64,000 nt of DNA from an uncultured Desulfosarcina sp. (GTDB taxonomy: Bacteria; Desulfobacterota; Desulfobacteria; Desulfobacterales; Desulfosarcinaceae): the NCBI GenBank assembly GCA_963674945.2, contig CAXXWQ010000004.1:2560001-2624000 (forward strand), in the 5' to 3' direction. This document shows, one piece after another, positions 1-8,313 of the stretch. The notes under the pieces were generated by a model that worked only from the letters and a program-made list of their open reading frames with translations, was not told the DNA's origin and ran no database searches. Every line of letters begins with the position of its first letter. The stretch's first letter is position 1. The position numbers and the translations under genes were made by a program.

Positions 1-749
1 TATCGGCCAATCATGACCACCTTTTGGCCGAAAACAGCGCCATGAAAAGACGGCTTCCCCTCGTCGAAAGAGAAAATGACGTTCTGCAAAAGGAAAACAA
101 TATTTTCAGAACGAAAGTGCAGCAGATGGAAACCGAGATCCAGGAATTGACCACTCGGTTGGCCCGGATGAATGATCGGTATGAAAATCAGATTGCCGAA
201 AGCAAGCGGCAAATCACCTATCTTGAAGAATCCATGCAGCAATTGGATACGCAGCGGCACGAAGAGATTTCGACATTGGAAAGCCGAATGGCCACCCAAC
301 GGGAAATCTTCGACCTGGAGCGCGAAAAGACCAGTGCGGAACGAGATAAAAGAGAGTCGGCGTTAACCGGTCAGCTTGCAGACCTGAAAAAAGATCTCGA
401 AAGAAAAGCATCGGAGATCGCTTCGCTGACATCGGCCAACACGGAAATGCAAAACGACCTTGCGCACAAAAAAGACGAAAATGCCTCGCTCGTATCGGCC
501 AACGAAGAGATGAAGGCGGAATTGGAGAAAAAATCATCCGAAATCACCGCGCTGGTAAAAACAAATGAAGACCTTTCGAAAAAACTCGAAAAAAAGACCG
601 AATTGGCCCGATCTCTGAAGAAAGCCCGGGACGAGTCCATTGCGGAACTTGAATCGGTGAAAGCCGCAAGCAGCGACCTGGTAAAAAACCTGAAAGAACT
701 CTTTCATCAAATGACCAGCAATTCGGATCAACACCAAACGAAGATATAA
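1..749 (+). CDS. Coiled-coil protein, 5' end outside the window; three 21-aa tandem repeats
   Basis: Frame is open from base 3 to TAA at 749; E/K/Q/L-rich heptad pattern; 63-bp units at 393, 456 and 519 (DLERKASEIASLTSANTEMQN-like). Confidence 0.75.
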   Translation, partial: SANHDHLLAENSAMKRRLPLVERENDVLQKENNIFRTKVQQMETEIQELTTRLARMNDRYENQIAESKRQITYLEESMQQLDTQRHEEISTLESRMATQREIFDLEREKTSAERDKRESALTGQLADLKKDLERKASEIASLTSANTEMQNDLAHKKDENASLVSANEEMKAELEKKSSEITALVKTNEDLSKKLEKKTELARSLKKARDESIAELESVKAASSDLVKNLKELFHQMTSNSDQHQTKI

Positions 750-919
750 TCGTGCCGATCGGATGTTCGATATTGGTCGGCAGGCCGCATCAACGACCAC
801 CCGCAAAGCGGTTGCTTGGATGTTCGATCCATCGGCCGCATATCCCAAAACACGTCAGTTCTTTCCTCACTCGGGTTGGTTCCGGGTGCCAAGCACCCGG
901 TTTGAATAGAACGGATCGA

Positions 920-3049
920 ATGCTGCGTACTTTGCTTTTCCGCATACCTTTCATTGCGTTTCTCGTGTTCCTGGCGACCGTTTTATCGGCACAGGCAAAA
1001 GATTCCCTGTCGGTTCTGCTGACATCCAACCTGCAGGGAAATTTCTCCCTCGAAGTGGAAGGCCAGGAGACGACAGATCCCCTGTTGCTATTGGCCCAAA
1101 ACATCATTGACCAGAAAAAAAAAGGAATCGATCTCTATTTGGATATGGGAAACGCTTTTTATCCAGGCGTTCTCTCAAAGTATAGTTCCGGCTCCATCAT
1201 GATGGATTTTTTGGATTATTTTTCATGCTCGGCCCTTCTCGTCTCTTCCAAGGACCTGCAGGTTGGAACAAACAATCTCGAATTTCTCCAAAAAGACAAG
1301 ACTGTCCATCTGCTATCCGCCAACATTGTCAAGGACGAACGCCCCATCTTCACCCCCTGGTTCAAGGTACCGGATGTCACCCCTTCCATTGCAATTCTCG
1401 GGATTTCATCGGGAAAAGTCCTGTTCGACATTGCCGAAGAGGACCTTTATGGATACAGCCTGGAGAAAGGTGGGGAAGCGCTGGTGCCATACCTGGATCA
1501 GATAAGAGAGGCCGGCATCCAACATGTCATTCTGCTTTGTGGTGGAAATCTTCGGGAGTTGGTCGAAATCATGGAATCCTTTCCGGAGATCTCCATGGCC
1601 ATCTGCGGAGGCGACAACGCCGGCCGTTTTTTTGCCGGGAAGGCATCCCGCGTGGACCTGTCAGACGGCCGATCCATCGTCATCACAGATGATGAGGCAA
1701 ATTTTTTCCGCCTGGATCTGACAATCGACGATACCATCGCCGTCAATCGGTTTCTGCCCATAAAATCGGAGCCAATTCCCACATACGACTATGCGTACCA
1801 TGAATTTAAGAATCGGCTCACCCTATGGAAAGAAAAATTTCGGGAGGACGAAGTTCGGCTCATCGAAAACCTGAAAGCTACGGAAACCGACGTAAACGAC
1901 ATGCGATTTGCCCAGCTGCTGCGAGACCGATTCGATTGTGAAATCGCCGTTGTGGAAAAGAACACCCTTATCCCATTGTCCGTTCATCAGGACATCAAAT
2001 CTTCCGATTTCTTAACCATGGTCAACCGCGACTACTTCATTTTTCTCTTTTCCCTCACCGGAAATGAGTTACATCAATTGATCGCCGAAAACATGGATCT
2101 GGTAATTGCGGGACTGGATCTTGAGAATGCGTCGGTTCAAGGATATGATCTGGAGGGAGCCCGCCCCTATCGAATCGCCGCGTCCCAGCCGGCGATGCAT
2201 GCCATCGGGCGCATGCTTCGAAAAAGAATCCCCTTCACCAATACCTGGATGACGGTAACGGACCTGCTCAAGTCCGATTTAAAGGATCGTTGCGTCGTCT
2301 TGAACAACGACTACGACTTTTTGGACCGTCGTTTTCGAACGACCGTCGATATCTATCTGTCCAATTTCATCGATAACAGCGGTGTGAAAAGGGGCGATTC
2401 CATCGAGGTTCCCCCTGGCCAACCGTCGAAAACCTATAACAAATGGGGCCTGGAAAATGAGATCGAGGTCATTTTCTACAACAAGTACCATCGTTTCGTC
2501 TTCACCCCCTACATGCTCTACAGCCGCCAGGACGAAGACTATCTGAACAACATTTTGAAGGGTACCTTTCTCTATGAGTACAATTGGCGGGATAACATCC
2601 GTCCTTATAGTAAGTTTCGCTGTGATTCAGTGGTGGAACGGGTCGATGGCATGCAGCCGATTCTCCTCAGGGAGACGCTTGGCATTTCCGGAACCTACAA
2701 GCGATTGGAAGGTAAAATCGGACTCGGTTTCGAAAAGGAGGTGCAAGATCCTGCCAACGCTGCTTTGTACGGAATCGAAATCCTGGCAGGCGCATCCATT
2801 CCCTTCCTTTCTCATTTTACCTATACATTCGACCTCGATGCCTTTTCCGGCATTCGGGATGATGATGGAAGCGCCTGGCAGATCCGAAGCGAGATAAACA
2901 ATTCCATCTCAGCTGCCTTCAACGACTATCTTGCGCTGACATTTCGCCACAAGTACTTCTATGTCTACGAGGAATCACTTCAGGAGTACTACCAGAACTC
3001 ACAGTTCATCACGTCACTGGATTTCACCAAGGATTGGAAGTTCTGGTAG
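920..3049 (+). CDS. Secreted degenerate 5'-nucleotidase/metallophosphoesterase-like protein with C-terminal outer-membrane beta-barrel
   Basis: Signal peptide (…LSAQA-K); nucleotidase-like motifs LLTSNLQG, DMGNAF, LSANI; C-terminal ~230 aa of alternating beta-strands ending in aromatic KFW; start at ATG 920 preferred over ORF start 752. Confidence 0.7.
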   Translation: MLRTLLFRIPFIAFLVFLATVLSAQAKDSLSVLLTSNLQGNFSLEVEGQETTDPLLLLAQNIIDQKKKGIDLYLDMGNAFYPGVLSKYSSGSIMMDFLDYFSCSALLVSSKDLQVGTNNLEFLQKDKTVHLLSANIVKDERPIFTPWFKVPDVTPSIAILGISSGKVLFDIAEEDLYGYSLEKGGEALVPYLDQIREAGIQHVILLCGGNLRELVEIMESFPEISMAICGGDNAGRFFAGKASRVDLSDGRSIVITDDEANFFRLDLTIDDTIAVNRFLPIKSEPIPTYDYAYHEFKNRLTLWKEKFREDEVRLIENLKATETDVNDMRFAQLLRDRFDCEIAVVEKNTLIPLSVHQDIKSSDFLTMVNRDYFIFLFSLTGNELHQLIAENMDLVIAGLDLENASVQGYDLEGARPYRIAASQPAMHAIGRMLRKRIPFTNTWMTVTDLLKSDLKDRCVVLNNDYDFLDRRFRTTVDIYLSNFIDNSGVKRGDSIEVPPGQPSKTYNKWGLENEIEVIFYNKYHRFVFTPYMLYSRQDEDYLNNILKGTFLYEYNWRDNIRPYSKFRCDSVVERVDGMQPILLRETLGISGTYKRLEGKIGLGFEKEVQDPANAALYGIEILAGASIPFLSHFTYTFDLDAFSGIRDDDGSAWQIRSEINNSISAAFNDYLALTFRHKYFYVYEESLQEYYQNSQFITSLDFTKDWKFW

Positions 3050-3056
3050 TTGTTTT

Positions 3057-4133
3057 TCAGATAACCAGCGGTTCTACCTGATTTCTTATCCTTCCACTCT
3101 CTACGGCCTCAATGAACTCTTCTGCCAATTGGCGGCTCAATTGCACGGTACGGTTCCAGTAGGCGATGCGCTCATCATCGTGCCCTCGGAAACGAGAAAA
3201 ATCAGTCCGGTCGGGAATCTTGCGAAGGGGTAGCTTTTCCAGCAAGGCGGATGAGGGTGCAATGAACAGGACATTTTTCAAGTGAGACATCGCCGGCTTT
3301 CGCCAGGAGAGTTTCTTGTCGAGCCAGCCGGGGATGATGCGCTCCATGTAATGGGGGAAAAGGACGATGTGATCGTAGTCGTTGGAAAAGGGAATATCCA
3401 GGTGGTAATCGATTACGCCACCATCCCGATAGGTCCCTTTCGGCGCACCGGGAATATTCCGGATGCCCTTCATCACCAGGGGAATGGAACCTGAAGACAT
3501 GAGGGCCGGTCTGACATTGGCTCTGGACAGACCGACGCGGTGTATGGGAAAGGCATCCATCCCATGAAAGGGCGGCGTGTCCCGTGTGTCATGGAAAAGA
3601 ATGCGCTCGAAAAAGAAACCAAGCCAGCGGCGACGTATTGCATTGCCCAGAGCAGCCAGTGCCATCCCCACCAGCAAATTGATTTTGTGATCCACACCGG
3701 TCAGATGTTTGCCGCGGACAGACATGAAATTCAGTCGAAAACTGGGGTGGCGTAGGACGTCGGTATCACCGCGCGTGCCCATCATATGGGCGAGGATCTT
3801 TTCTCCTTCCCGGCTGATCTGCGCCGGAGAGGGGTTCGCATCATACCGTTGGTTGATGTACGCCGTTTCCAATCGGCAAATGGCATCCAAGGGATCTTGC
3901 TGGGCGGCGGCGGCGAAACGCCATGCGCCGCTGGATGATCCGATTAAAAACAGTGGGCTGGTGCGGCCGAAAAACCACTGAGAAAAAAGCAGGCGATCCA
4001 TTCCAGCCAGAATCAGCCATTTGGGACCGCCGGCGGCACCTGCCACAACATGGACATCATCGGGTGTAAGGCCGTTTTCCTTTATCCGGCGATAGGCGGC
4101 TTTGCCGGCCTGCAACGTGTAGTGCTGGAACAT
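3057..4133 (-). CDS. Patatin-like phospholipase family protein
   Basis: GAAGGPKW oxyanion-hole motif, GSSSG nucleophile motif, DGG catalytic Asp motif. Confidence 0.85.
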   Translation of the reverse strand: MFQHYTLQAGKAAYRRIKENGLTPDDVHVVAGAAGGPKWLILAGMDRLLFSQWFFGRTSPLFLIGSSSGAWRFAAAAQQDPLDAICRLETAYINQRYDANPSPAQISREGEKILAHMMGTRGDTDVLRHPSFRLNFMSVRGKHLTGVDHKINLLVGMALAALGNAIRRRWLGFFFERILFHDTRDTPPFHGMDAFPIHRVGLSRANVRPALMSSGSIPLVMKGIRNIPGAPKGTYRDGGVIDYHLDIPFSNDYDHIVLFPHYMERIIPGWLDKKLSWRKPAMSHLKNVLFIAPSSALLEKLPLRKIPDRTDFSRFRGHDDERIAYWNRTVQLSRQLAEEFIEAVESGRIRNQVEPLVI

Positions 4134-4153
4134 GGTGGACTCCGTGAATAACA

Positions 4154-5083
4154 TCAGGCAGCGACAATTCTCACGTGAAAGCTGATCAGATCAAAAACCA
4201 TGTGCATACCCAGAAACTCGAAAAAACGCGCCGAGCCGTAGATGACACCCCATTTCGTGCGGTCTATATCGAAGTGGGCCTCGGCCAATAATTCTTTTTC
4301 CGGTGTCGTCGTAATCGTCGCCGCGAAATCTTGAGAAACCTCTATCCCTTTCAGTTCCAGGGTACCATTGATCTCATAATTCGGAAGGCTCAGGTACGGC
4401 GTTTGTGCCGTTACCGCTCGGTCTATGCGGTAACTTGCGGTCGGGAACCGCTTGGTGAGGAAAAAGTCATCGGATTTGAGGTGGGCCACCAGGATGGGCT
4501 GCAATTCATCCCCCTCCAGATTGATGTTGGCAATCGAATCCATGTCGATGTCCACCCTTCCCGTGATCGTTCCACCTTTCGCGTCGAGTATGCCACCGGA
4601 GACCCTGACAGTTCCGAAGTGCGTCGTGCTGGGATTCCGTCCCCACCACTGGATGACACTTTTTTCCGAATCGACGCCATAGGAACCATCGTCGAGTTTC
4701 AGTATTGTCTGGGGATCGTGCGGTTCGTCGGCAGCATCTCCTTCCAGCGACAGGCCGGCAGCCTGCCAGGCTTCCATGCCGCCCTTTACCACGAAAAGGT
4801 GTCGATAGCCATTGTGATGAAGCTTTTCTGCCGCAACAGCTGCATCCATGGATCTGGCACTGGCACCGTAGAGTACGATTTCTGCATTGCTATCGTCGGT
4901 TATGGCCTTGACCTGGTCAATAAAGGTCACTTCGAAGACGCAGGCATTCCTGGCGTCGGGTATATGTCGCCTTGTAAACGTATCCGACTTTAATAGGTCG
5001 ATGAGATAAAATTGTTTTTTCTGTCTGAGCCAATCATTGAGTTCATTCGGAGACATTTCACGGCAGACATGGGATGCAATCAT
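4154..5083 (-). CDS. Rhodanese-like domain fused to YceI (polyisoprenoid-binding) domain
   Basis: N-terminal HIPDARN / GGMEAW rhodanese motifs; C-terminal HLKSDDFF…FP and IDRTKWGV YceI motifs; RBS AAGGAG before ATG 5083. Confidence 0.85.
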   Translation of the reverse strand: MIASHVCREMSPNELNDWLRQKKQFYLIDLLKSDTFTRRHIPDARNACVFEVTFIDQVKAITDDSNAEIVLYGASARSMDAAVAAEKLHHNGYRHLFVVKGGMEAWQAAGLSLEGDAADEPHDPQTILKLDDGSYGVDSEKSVIQWWGRNPSTTHFGTVRVSGGILDAKGGTITGRVDIDMDSIANINLEGDELQPILVAHLKSDDFFLTKRFPTASYRIDRAVTAQTPYLSLPNYEINGTLELKGIEVSQDFAATITTTPEKELLAEAHFDIDRTKWGVIYGSARFFEFLGMHMVFDLISFHVRIVAA

Positions 5084-5341
5084 TTTCTTCTCCTTTCTTT
5101 TCCTCAACCCCTTCATGAAACAACGAAGCGATTATATCCAAACAGGATTTTTGCTCAACCAATATGTCTACCATCAAAAGATCGGCACTTGCATCATCGA
5201 AACAGGTGTTGAAACCGCTGGATCAATCATGAAAAGATATGTGTGGCCGTTAAACAGCCATCCGTAGGACAGCGCGCCGGTGTCCTAGTCGGGGTATCAT
5301 CTCAAAGCCATTACGGGGATGCTTTTTGTTGTGAATCGTTG

Positions 5342-5370
5342 TTGACGCTTGGAGCAATTGTAATCAGAAT
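5342..5370 (+). promoter_or_regulatory. Candidate sigma70 promoter for the flavoredoxin leader
   Basis: TTGACG-17 nt-CAGAAT, flanked by imperfect inverted repeat TTTGTTGTG…CACAACAAA. Confidence 0.4.
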
Positions 5371-5649
5371 CCACAACAAATGGCAAGCCGATCTTCAGGG
5401 GTACGCCGCAACATGGCCATCCGGGTGTGGCGAAAACCGGAATGAATCCGAAAATGATAGGACCGCCCCGGCGGCGTGATGCTGCGACGTGACTTCGGAT
5501 TCAAGGGCAGAAGGAATTCAATGGAGACATCGATGCATCGGCAATGGCACTACTTATTTTCTCCATACAAATCAAATTGAAAACACGGATTGGATAACAA
5601 TCATAACAGGAAACTGTTTCTGTACAACACAAACCATAGGAGGAACAAA

Positions 5650-6213
5650 ATGAAAGCCATCGGTCCTATCAATGCACTCTATCCCATGCCCACCACGCTG
5701 GTCGGCGCAACGGTCAACGAAAGACCCAATTTTCTGGCAGTCGCACACGTGGGAATTATGAACCACGGAACACCCCAGTATCTGACCATCGGGCTAAGCA
5801 AGAGCCACTATACCAATGCCGGTATTCATGAAAATCATACGTTCAGTATCTGTCTTCCATCCGAAGCGATTTTGGTCGAAACGGATTATTGCGGTATCAT
5901 GACCGGTAAGAGAACGGACAAGGCCGCCTTGTTCGATATTTTTTATGGTGAACTAAAAAGCGCCCCCATGATCCGTCAATGTCCCGTCAACATGGAATTG
6001 AAGCTATACGACGTGCTGGATTTTTCCACCCACGACATCTTCGTGGGAGAACTCGTCCAAACCTACGCCGATGAAAGCGTGATCGCAAATGGACTCATCG
6101 ATATTGCCAAGCTCAATCCACTTCTTTTCGACATGCATACCAAACAATACTGGGCAGTTGGAAAGGTGCTGGGAAAGTGCTGGAGTGCCGGAAAGGCCTT
6201 GAAGTCAAAATAG
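5650..6213 (+). CDS. Flavin reductase family protein (flavoredoxin-like)
   Basis: LYPMPTTLVG, HYTNAGI, DYCGI.TG, APMIRQCPVNMEL, HDIFVGE motifs; AGGAGG RBS before ATG 5650. Confidence 0.9.
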   Translation: MKAIGPINALYPMPTTLVGATVNERPNFLAVAHVGIMNHGTPQYLTIGLSKSHYTNAGIHENHTFSICLPSEAILVETDYCGIMTGKRTDKAALFDIFYGELKSAPMIRQCPVNMELKLYDVLDFSTHDIFVGELVQTYADESVIANGLIDIAKLNPLLFDMHTKQYWAVGKVLGKCWSAGKALKSK

Positions 6214-6249
6214 AAAAAAAGGCAGCGGGCCGAAGCCCCTGCCTTTTTT
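6214..6249. terminator. Bidirectional intrinsic terminator
   Basis: A-run, GGCAG(C)GGGC-CGAA-GCCCCTGCC hairpin, T-run; directly after the flavoredoxin stop. Confidence 0.85.
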
Positions 6250-6271
6250 ACGATAATTTTTTTTACCTCGA

Positions 6272-6358
6272 CTATTTGAGAAGGCTCATCACGTTGGCCA
6301 TCAAGCTGACAAGTTTATCAAACCAATCTTCATTTCTTTCCATAACTTTTGTTTCCAT
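6272..6358 (-). CDS. Putative 28-aa small amphipathic peptide METKVMERNEDWFDKLVSLMANVMSLLK
   Basis: ATG with GAAAGGA RBS 7 nt upstream; TAG stop followed by the bidirectional terminator; below the ORF-track length cut-off. Confidence 0.5.
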   Translation of the reverse strand: METKVMERNEDWFDKLVSLMANVMSLLK

Positions 6359-6631
6359 GGCGTCGTCCTTTCATTAAAACGTAAAATAATAAAAAGAGAA
6401 ATATTTGTTGTTTTATCGGCATTCTCGTCTGAAAGTTAAGTTTTATGGACCCAATGAGATGCGAAAAGCCTTCAGAAAAAATGTATTTAATTAGAATATC
6501 AATTGGTTATATCCACGCCACAATGACATGGGCCATGAAATCATTATCGAATGGAAACCTTGCAGCCCCATCATGGTTTTGATAAACAGAATCAAACAAT
6601 ATTACGATTCTTTCTTCTTATGAGGCTTGCC

Positions 6632-7135
6632 ATGAAGACGCTTCGACCCCCTTTGATTCTCGTCGCCTTTTTATCTTTCTCCGTTTTTCTTTTTTTCCTT
6701 ATCAGACTGACAGCCGCCGGCGATGAAATGAAACTGCTGAAATTGAAAGCATCCCACGGAGAGGATACGATCCGGGAGACCGGCGTATCCGAAATCGGCC
6801 AGGATCAATACAAAGCCATGACTTCGGCGAAAATCATCGCCCAGGCAAACCTGATGAGTACCATCGAAGGCACATTTATCGAAAGGATCGTTCGGACAAA
6901 CGGCGGAAAAAAAATTGGAGAGGAGATCCGAACCCGTGTTAAGGGGACCTTGGCCGGCGCAAAGCCTTGTGGTGCGGTGTATCATGCCGACCAAGGGTAT
7001 GCCGAAGTTTGCCTCGAAATCAAGCTCAAGGGAAAGGGCGGGCTGTACGAGGCCCTTTCTCCGTACACGTTTCGAAAAGTCGAAGGCGATCAGCAATACG
7101 AACTTACGGGCCCCGCCTCCGTTTTGCAGCAATAA
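6632..7135 (+). CDS. Exported LPP20/FlgP-like protein
   Basis: N-terminal hydrophobic segment; AMTSAKIIAQANL..TIEG…IRTRVKGTL.GA pattern typical of LPP20-like domains. Confidence 0.55.
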   Translation: MKTLRPPLILVAFLSFSVFLFFLIRLTAAGDEMKLLKLKASHGEDTIRETGVSEIGQDQYKAMTSAKIIAQANLMSTIEGTFIERIVRTNGGKKIGEEIRTRVKGTLAGAKPCGAVYHADQGYAEVCLEIKLKGKGGLYEALSPYTFRKVEGDQQYELTGPASVLQQ

Positions 7136-7243
7136 AGCAGGCCCCCATTTGGCACATATTGTTTCTCAATCCATTTACGATCGTCTCACCGCACGCATCA
7201 ACCTCTTTCTTTCGGGAGCGCCGCCTTCCGAACGACTCGATGT

Positions 7244-8029
7244 TCATGATTCGACCGGATGAAACTTGAACAGCGGGCACCCTTTGCAGACATCCATTCC
7301 CGGCCAGGGTTTGAAGCCCTTGCCCAGGACGGAGGCACCGCCTTTTTCCACGCGCATGGCCTGCTGCTCGGCCGTCGGTGCGATGTGTTCGCCGGGAATG
7401 AAAACGTTGACATAATTCATCTCAGTTTTCCCGGATGTTTTGGAGCCGGCGCACATGGTGGTCATGTTGGCGGTCTGATTGTTGTAGGACCAGACGCTGC
7501 CGGCGCAGACGGCTGAATTGGGCGTGTGGAAGAAGTTCAGGTTGGCCCTTTTCATGGCTCCCATGTAATCGTTGAAAATGTGATAGGCCTGATAGGGAAC
7601 ACAGACGAAGAAAACGACATCGGGACCCGTTTCTACGTTATCGAAAGCGTCCAAGGGAGCCATGTAAATTGCCTTGCAGGCGCCCACTTCCAGCCGTGCC
7701 TTTTCCTGGGGGGCCTTCCAGGCCAACTCTTCGTCGACCAAATATTTCATGTGGCGCTGGGTATCGGCATCTTTTTCCAGTTCGCGGAAACCGAACACCG
7801 GATAGGCGTTCTGACAGAGCAGCTTCTCCGGCTTCATCAATAGTGCATAGCGCTCCTGCCGACAAGCGGCCAGAAACTGACAATAGGTGATTTTGGCGCC
7901 GGCCTGGTGGGTTACCGGCAGGCGTTCGATTTCCGCCTCGTCCATGACAAATCGAATGCCGACAGGGTCGAAGTCAAGACGCAGGTTCCAGATCATCTGT
8001 TCACGGATCGTTTTGAAATTCATTGACAT
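7244..8029 (-). CDS. DUF169 family protein
   Basis: PVGIRF, YCQ..AACR, PDVV, S.VC, C.GSK pattern; C-terminal CKGC; AAGGAG RBS. Confidence 0.8.
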   Translation of the reverse strand: MSMNFKTIREQMIWNLRLDFDPVGIRFVMDEAEIERLPVTHQAGAKITYCQFLAACRQERYALLMKPEKLLCQNAYPVFGFRELEKDADTQRHMKYLVDEELAWKAPQEKARLEVGACKAIYMAPLDAFDNVETGPDVVFFVCVPYQAYHIFNDYMGAMKRANLNFFHTPNSAVCAGSVWSYNNQTANMTTMCAGSKTSGKTEMNYVNVFIPGEHIAPTAEQQAMRVEKGGASVLGKGFKPWPGMDVCKGCPLFKFHPVES

Positions 8030-8313
8030 ACATCACTCTCCTTGTTGGTGACGGAGGCGTTGAAAAGCAGGTTCCGCCGATTGAACAACGAAACCAGGTT
8101 TACGGAACCGTCATGGATCATAACATTGGGAGGCACAATACCCCGGTCATGGAGATATGCCCGCCGGCTCAATTGCAGGGAGGTTTCCTACCAAAAGCGA
8201 AAACCTTTGGCAAACTTTTTTGAGCATTTTCTTAAAAGTAATTGTTCCGTATCACTCGGCCATGAGGATATACAGGCGATTCCATGGGAACGCAGTGATT
8301 GACGTTTTCACAA

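Noticed and set aside
752..845. Direct repeats GGATGTTCGAT (761, 818) and GGCCGCAT
   Set aside because: Only two short copies with unequal spacing; not CRISPR-like and no function can be supported.
8030..8313. Long leader of the DUF169 gene as a possible riboswitch
   Set aside because: Only short hairpins and a CCATGAC repeat; no TPP, SAM, B12 or Moco consensus recognisable by eye.
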